Origin: Gemmatimonadota bacterium
Lineage (GTDB): Bacteria > Gemmatimonadota > Gemmatimonadetes > Longimicrobiales > Gaopeijiaceae
NCBI GenBank assembly: GCA_039589315.1
Contig: JBDHHQ010000093.1
Location: forward strand, 1 to 40,998
Direction of reading: 5' to 3'
Length of the DNA stretch: 40,998 nt
Shown: in pieces, positions 37,070 through 40,998 of the stretch
Layout: the number at the start of each line of letters is the position of its first letter
Position numbering within the stretch: position 1 is the stretch's first letter
Position numbers and translations under genes: made by a program
Notes under the pieces: generated by a model
The model's database searches: none
The model's input: the letters and a program-made list of their open reading frames with translations, nothing else
Told to the model about the DNA's origin: nothing

Positions 37070-38590
37070 ATGAACAACATCGGCCGTCGCGAGTTCATCA
37101 TGACCTCCGGCGCGGGCCTTTCCGGCGCCGTGATTGTGGGACCCCGCAGCGTGTGGCCCGACGAGCGCGCCATGGCGCGAGCAGACCAGAGCACGGACAG
37201 CTTCGACCTGCTCCGGGCCGAGCAGGCGGTACGCAAAGGCGAGCTGTTCGAGCCGGCCGATTACAACCGCCTACCCCTCTCCTGGCACAAGGACAAGACA
37301 CGCGCGCTCAAAGCCCAGGCCCGGGAGCGAGGCGTGGACGGCGGCATCCTACTGACTAGACGGTGGAACATCATCTACGCGACCGGTCTCTGGCACTCCG
37401 GCACGGAGCGCTCGCTGTCCTGCTTCCTCCCCATGGACCAGGACGACGGCGTCATCTGGTTCCACCCGTACCTGGACTACGAGCTCGTCCGGACGTGGTG
37501 GTCGACGGATCAGTACGTCTACTTCGACCACCACCACGCCGAGGGCGGCTTTCCCAACGAGGGCCAGGTGAACCAGGGCCCCACGGTCAACCTGTACCGG
37601 TGGTGGGGCGAGACCCTCGCCGACCTCGGCTACGGCAACAAGACCATCGGGGTCGACGGGAACGGCGCCGTCGAGATCGGCCTTCTGCCCGGACAGTACA
37701 GCAGCGGCCAGCTGAACATGTCGGGCGACTACGACGCGCCTCAGCCGTTCCGGCCCACCGGCGGTAGCCTCGGTGACGTGGCGTCGGCCATGCCCGAGGC
37801 CCAGTTCGTCGACCTGGCCGACATCTTCGTCCGGAACCGCATGGTCAAGGGCGAGATGGAGAACCGCCTGGCCCAGCGGTCCGAGGACATCTGGTCCGAG
37901 GTCCACGCCTTTGCCCGCAACTACGTCATGGAGCGCGGTCCCGGCGTCGTCGATCAGGAGATCCAGAACGCCGCCTACATGTGGGGCCTCGACCGGGTCA
38001 TGCAGGGCATCGAGCAGTCCGGCGAGCCCCACAACGCCGTAGGCATCACCTTCGGCCTGATGGTAAAGTCTGGTCGGACTACAGGTTACCCACACCCCAA
38101 CCAGATGTCCTTCGCTCCCATCGAGCGCGGCAGGTCGTTCTCGATCATCGCGTGGGGAGGCATCGGCGGGTACGGAGGCGAGCAGTACCGCTCGTTCCTG
38201 GTGGGCCCCTGGACCGAATGGCAGGAGAAGGTCTGGGACGTGCATACTCGCGCCCACTTGATCCAGGCCGAGCAGTCCTTCGAGGGCAACACCTGCTCGA
38301 ACGTGGCCAAGGCGGTGCACGACTATCAGGTGTCCCAGGGGATGGGACATCTGGTCTATCACCGTCCCGGGCATGGCTCCGGCTCGGAGGGACACCAGCC
38401 ACCCTACCACGCGCTGGGCGACTACACCGTGCTCCAGCGGGGCATGCACTTCTCCAACGAGCCGGGCCTGTACGATCCCGAGAACGGATTCGGCTTCAAC
38501 CATTCGAACCTGATCGTGGTCGACCAGGAGAAGGGGCTGCAGCTGGGTACCGCGCCGGTCTCGAAGGAGTGGTGTCTGCTGGAATTGTAG
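37070..38590 (+). CDS. Tat-exported M24 (Xaa-Pro peptidase/creatinase) fold protein
   Basis: GGAGG RBS; IGRREFI Tat motif; YPHP, HRPGHGSGSEGHQPPY, GMHFSNEPGLY. Confidence 0.88.
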   Translation: MNNIGRREFIMTSGAGLSGAVIVGPRSVWPDERAMARADQSTDSFDLLRAEQAVRKGELFEPADYNRLPLSWHKDKTRALKAQARERGVDGGILLTRRWNIIYATGLWHSGTERSLSCFLPMDQDDGVIWFHPYLDYELVRTWWSTDQYVYFDHHHAEGGFPNEGQVNQGPTVNLYRWWGETLADLGYGNKTIGVDGNGAVEIGLLPGQYSSGQLNMSGDYDAPQPFRPTGGSLGDVASAMPEAQFVDLADIFVRNRMVKGEMENRLAQRSEDIWSEVHAFARNYVMERGPGVVDQEIQNAAYMWGLDRVMQGIEQSGEPHNAVGITFGLMVKSGRTTGYPHPNQMSFAPIERGRSFSIIAWGGIGGYGGEQYRSFLVGPWTEWQEKVWDVHTRAHLIQAEQSFEGNTCSNVAKAVHDYQVSQGMGHLVYHRPGHGSGSEGHQPPYHALGDYTVLQRGMHFSNEPGLYDPENGFGFNHSNLIVVDQEKGLQLGTAPVSKEWCLLEL

Positions 38591-38699
38591 GGGGCGCCAG
38601 CAGCCGGGCTGCGCCGCCTGGCTGCTCCCCGCTCGGTTGCCGCAGGTCCCAGGGCCGTATCACGTTGTGCGACTCGACCCCGTCCCGGAGACCAGTCCG

Positions 38700-40292
38700 A
38701 TGAGAACCGCCGTCATCCTTGCCGCGCTCGTCGCCTTCAGCGGCACCCCGACTCACGCCCAGACCTACGACGTCCTGATCCGCGGCGGCACGGTGGTGGA
38801 CGGCACGGGCGAGGCGCGCTTCGACGCCGACGTGGCCATCTCGGGCGACAGGATCGTCGCGGTCTCCCGCACGCCCATCGATCCGTCCGAGTCACGGCAG
38901 GTCATCGACGCTACGGGCCGCGTGGTCACCCCAGGCTTCGTCGACAACCACGCCCACATCCAGCAGAGCATCGCCCGCCATCCCATGTCCGAGAACTTCC
39001 TCCGGCAGGGGATCACGACCATCAGCGCGTCGCTGCACTCGGGCGATCAGCCGTGGCCGCTCGACGAGTTCGCCTCGTCCCTGGAGATGGCGCCCAACGT
39101 GGCCTTCTTCGCCGGCCACACCTGGACCCGCAAGCAGGTCCTGGGCATGGAGGACCGGGCGCCCACGCCGGAAGAGCTAGAGGAGATGAAGGCGCTCGTC
39201 GATGAGTCCATGCAGCAGGGCGCCATCGGCCTTTCCACCGGGCTCCTCTACGTGCCGGCCAACTACGCCGAAACCGAAGAGGTCATCGAGCTGGCCAAGG
39301 TGGCGTCGGCGCGCGGCGGCATCTACGTGAGCCACATGCGCGGCGAGGGCGCGGGCCTGCTGGAGTCGGTCGCCGAGGTCATCCGCATCGCCGACGAGGC
39401 CGACATCCCGTCCCAGATCAACCACCACAAAGCAGCCGGGGCCGGCCAGTGGGGATGGAGCGAACGGACCCTGGCCATGATCGATTCGGCCAACGCCGCA
39501 GGACTCACGGTGGTTCATGACCTCTACCCGTATGCCGCCGCGAGCACGGGCTCATCGGTTCTGTTCCCCCAGTGGTCACTGGCCGGAGGGCCCGAGGCCT
39601 TCGCCGAGCGCATCGCGGACCCGGAGACTCGCGCGCGGATGGAGGACGAGATGCGCACGATCTGGCGCACCGACTGGGGCGGCGAGGACCTGTCCCGCAT
39701 CCAGTTCCGGGTCATGCGCTCGGACCGGAGCTGGGACGGAAAGACGCTGGCCGACTACGCCGAGGCCCAGAGCATGGGGCGCGAGGACCTGGAGGCCGGT
39801 ATCGATCTGGCCATCGACCTCCAGCTCGCCGGAGGCTTCAGCGCCATCTACCACATCATGGACGAAGCCGACGTGATCCGGATCATGCAGCACCCGCTGG
39901 CCATGATCGAGACGGACGGAGACAACGTGGGCTACGGCGTGGGCTACCCGCATCCCAGGAGCTATGGCGCGTTCGCCCGGGTGCTGGCCCGGTACGTCCG
40001 GGAGCTCGAGGTGATCACCCTGGAACAGGCCGTCCAGAAGATGACCTCCATGCCGGCCCACTGGTTGGGGCAGACCGATCGGGGGGTGATCGGCGAGGGC
40101 ATGCTCGCCGACGTGGCCATCTTCGATCCCGACGTGATCCAGGACCGGGCCACGTTCACCGACCCCCATCAGTACTCCGTGGGGATCGAGAACCTGCTGG
40201 TGAATGGCGTGCCGGTCATCCGGAACGGAGCGCTCACCGGCGAGAAGCCGGGAAGGTGGATCCGTGGGCCGGCCAGGCGGCCGGTGAGCTGA
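38700..40292 (+). CDS. N-acyl-D-amino-acid deacylase family amidohydrolase
   Basis: Signal peptide; YDVLIRGGTVVDGTG, PGFVDNHAH, GLSTGLLYVP, SHMRGEG, PHPRSYGAFARVL, AVQKMTSMPA. Confidence 0.93.
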   Translation: MRTAVILAALVAFSGTPTHAQTYDVLIRGGTVVDGTGEARFDADVAISGDRIVAVSRTPIDPSESRQVIDATGRVVTPGFVDNHAHIQQSIARHPMSENFLRQGITTISASLHSGDQPWPLDEFASSLEMAPNVAFFAGHTWTRKQVLGMEDRAPTPEELEEMKALVDESMQQGAIGLSTGLLYVPANYAETEEVIELAKVASARGGIYVSHMRGEGAGLLESVAEVIRIADEADIPSQINHHKAAGAGQWGWSERTLAMIDSANAAGLTVVHDLYPYAAASTGSSVLFPQWSLAGGPEAFAERIADPETRARMEDEMRTIWRTDWGGEDLSRIQFRVMRSDRSWDGKTLADYAEAQSMGREDLEAGIDLAIDLQLAGGFSAIYHIMDEADVIRIMQHPLAMIETDGDNVGYGVGYPHPRSYGAFARVLARYVRELEVITLEQAVQKMTSMPAHWLGQTDRGVIGEGMLADVAIFDPDVIQDRATFTDPHQYSVGIENLLVNGVPVIRNGALTGEKPGRWIRGPARRPVS

Positions 40293-40316
40293 GGGGTCAG
40301 GCGCTTGACACCTCGG

Positions 40317-40648
40317 TCACGACAATTCGAGGAAGGCTGCCTCAGAATCCGAATCAAATGCCTCCAAGACGCTTTGGCGCTCCAACAACAGCGCAACGAT
40401 CTCGTCCGTTGTGCAGTTGCCGAGTCGTATCCAAACCACCTTAGGCGGGAAGCCGCGGACGAAGCTCAGTTGGTGGAAGTCAGAATCCTGGATACGATCA
40501 TGAACCCAAGCTCTGCGGCGAACGACCAGACGGCCTGATCCGCGGCCGACGCGAGATCGACATCGCGAACGTGAACCGTTTTCGGGTAGAGCTCTTGGAG
40601 GGCCGCTACTGCGCGTGGCGAGATGTTCTCGTCGAGGAGGAGCTTCAC
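40317..40648 (-). pseudogene. DUF5615 PIN-like toxin, 1-nt frameshift near 40488
   Basis: MKLLLDENISP...FMIVS / DSDFHQLSFVRGFPPKVVWIRLGNCTT...FLELS*; the expected IVSKDSDF is one base short. Confidence 0.85.
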
Positions 40649-40875
40649 GCCGCAGGGGGCGAGGACATCAAGCGGCGCTCACGGTCGGCTGCGAACGCAA
40701 GAACCGCGCGGATGTCCTCCACTCTCAAATCGGGGAAGTCCTCCAAGATCTGAGCTTCCGACATTCCGGACGCCAAGTATTCCAGCACGTCATAGACGGT
40801 GATGCGCAATCCTCGGATGCACGGCTTGCCGCCACGCTTCCCGGGCTCGACGGTGATGATGTCTTTGTAGTCCAT
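40645..40875 (-). CDS. DUF433 domain antitoxin
   Basis: MDYKDIITVEPGKRGGKPCIRGLRITVYDVLEYLASGMSEAQILEDFPDL; stop overlaps the toxin start. Confidence 0.93.
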   Translation of the reverse strand: MDYKDIITVEPGKRGGKPCIRGLRITVYDVLEYLASGMSEAQILEDFPDLRVEDIRAVLAFAADRERRLMSSPPAA

Positions 40876-40998
40876 GGCAAACGATAGCCCGCTCGAAAAA
40901 CTGGGGTCAAGAACCACGGCTCAGAGCCGCCGACCCTACCGCTCCAGTCGGGTAGCGCAGGGCGTAGCCCCCTACCCAGTCGTGAAGAACCGGATGTT

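Overview
GC-rich bacterial window; the gene families (PadR + ABC-permease pairs, TolB-N/TPR proteins, Ser/Thr kinases) suggest Gemmatimonadota or similar, which is an inference. It is an accessory, heavily eroded region built around tRNA integration sites. An intact tRNA-Ile(GAT) (36722-36795, -) has its 3' 45 bp duplicated at 18985-19029, bounding a ~17.7 kb island of signalling-type genes: kinase-ATPase-TPR, two membrane TolB-N/TPR paralogs, kinase-PD40, GGT and PadR/permease. A decayed primase-HTH-tyrosine integrase module abuts that att from outside, and an orphan tRNA-Ser 3' half sits at 7306-7358. The most notable unexplained signal is an ~85-nt non-coding element present three times (7152-7233, 24919-25003, 36406-36491, all - strand). 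It shows base-pair covariation, an invariant CACCTACCTGACGTGG core and an identically spaced promoter-like motif. Two copies head a repeated cassette: leader, TM/TolB-N/TPR gene, stub of a further paralog, then a kinase. Many genes are fragments or frameshifted, and some single-base shifts could be sequencing errors. Intact metabolic genes: Tat FAD oxidoreductase, GGT, Tat M24-fold protein and D-aminoacylase.
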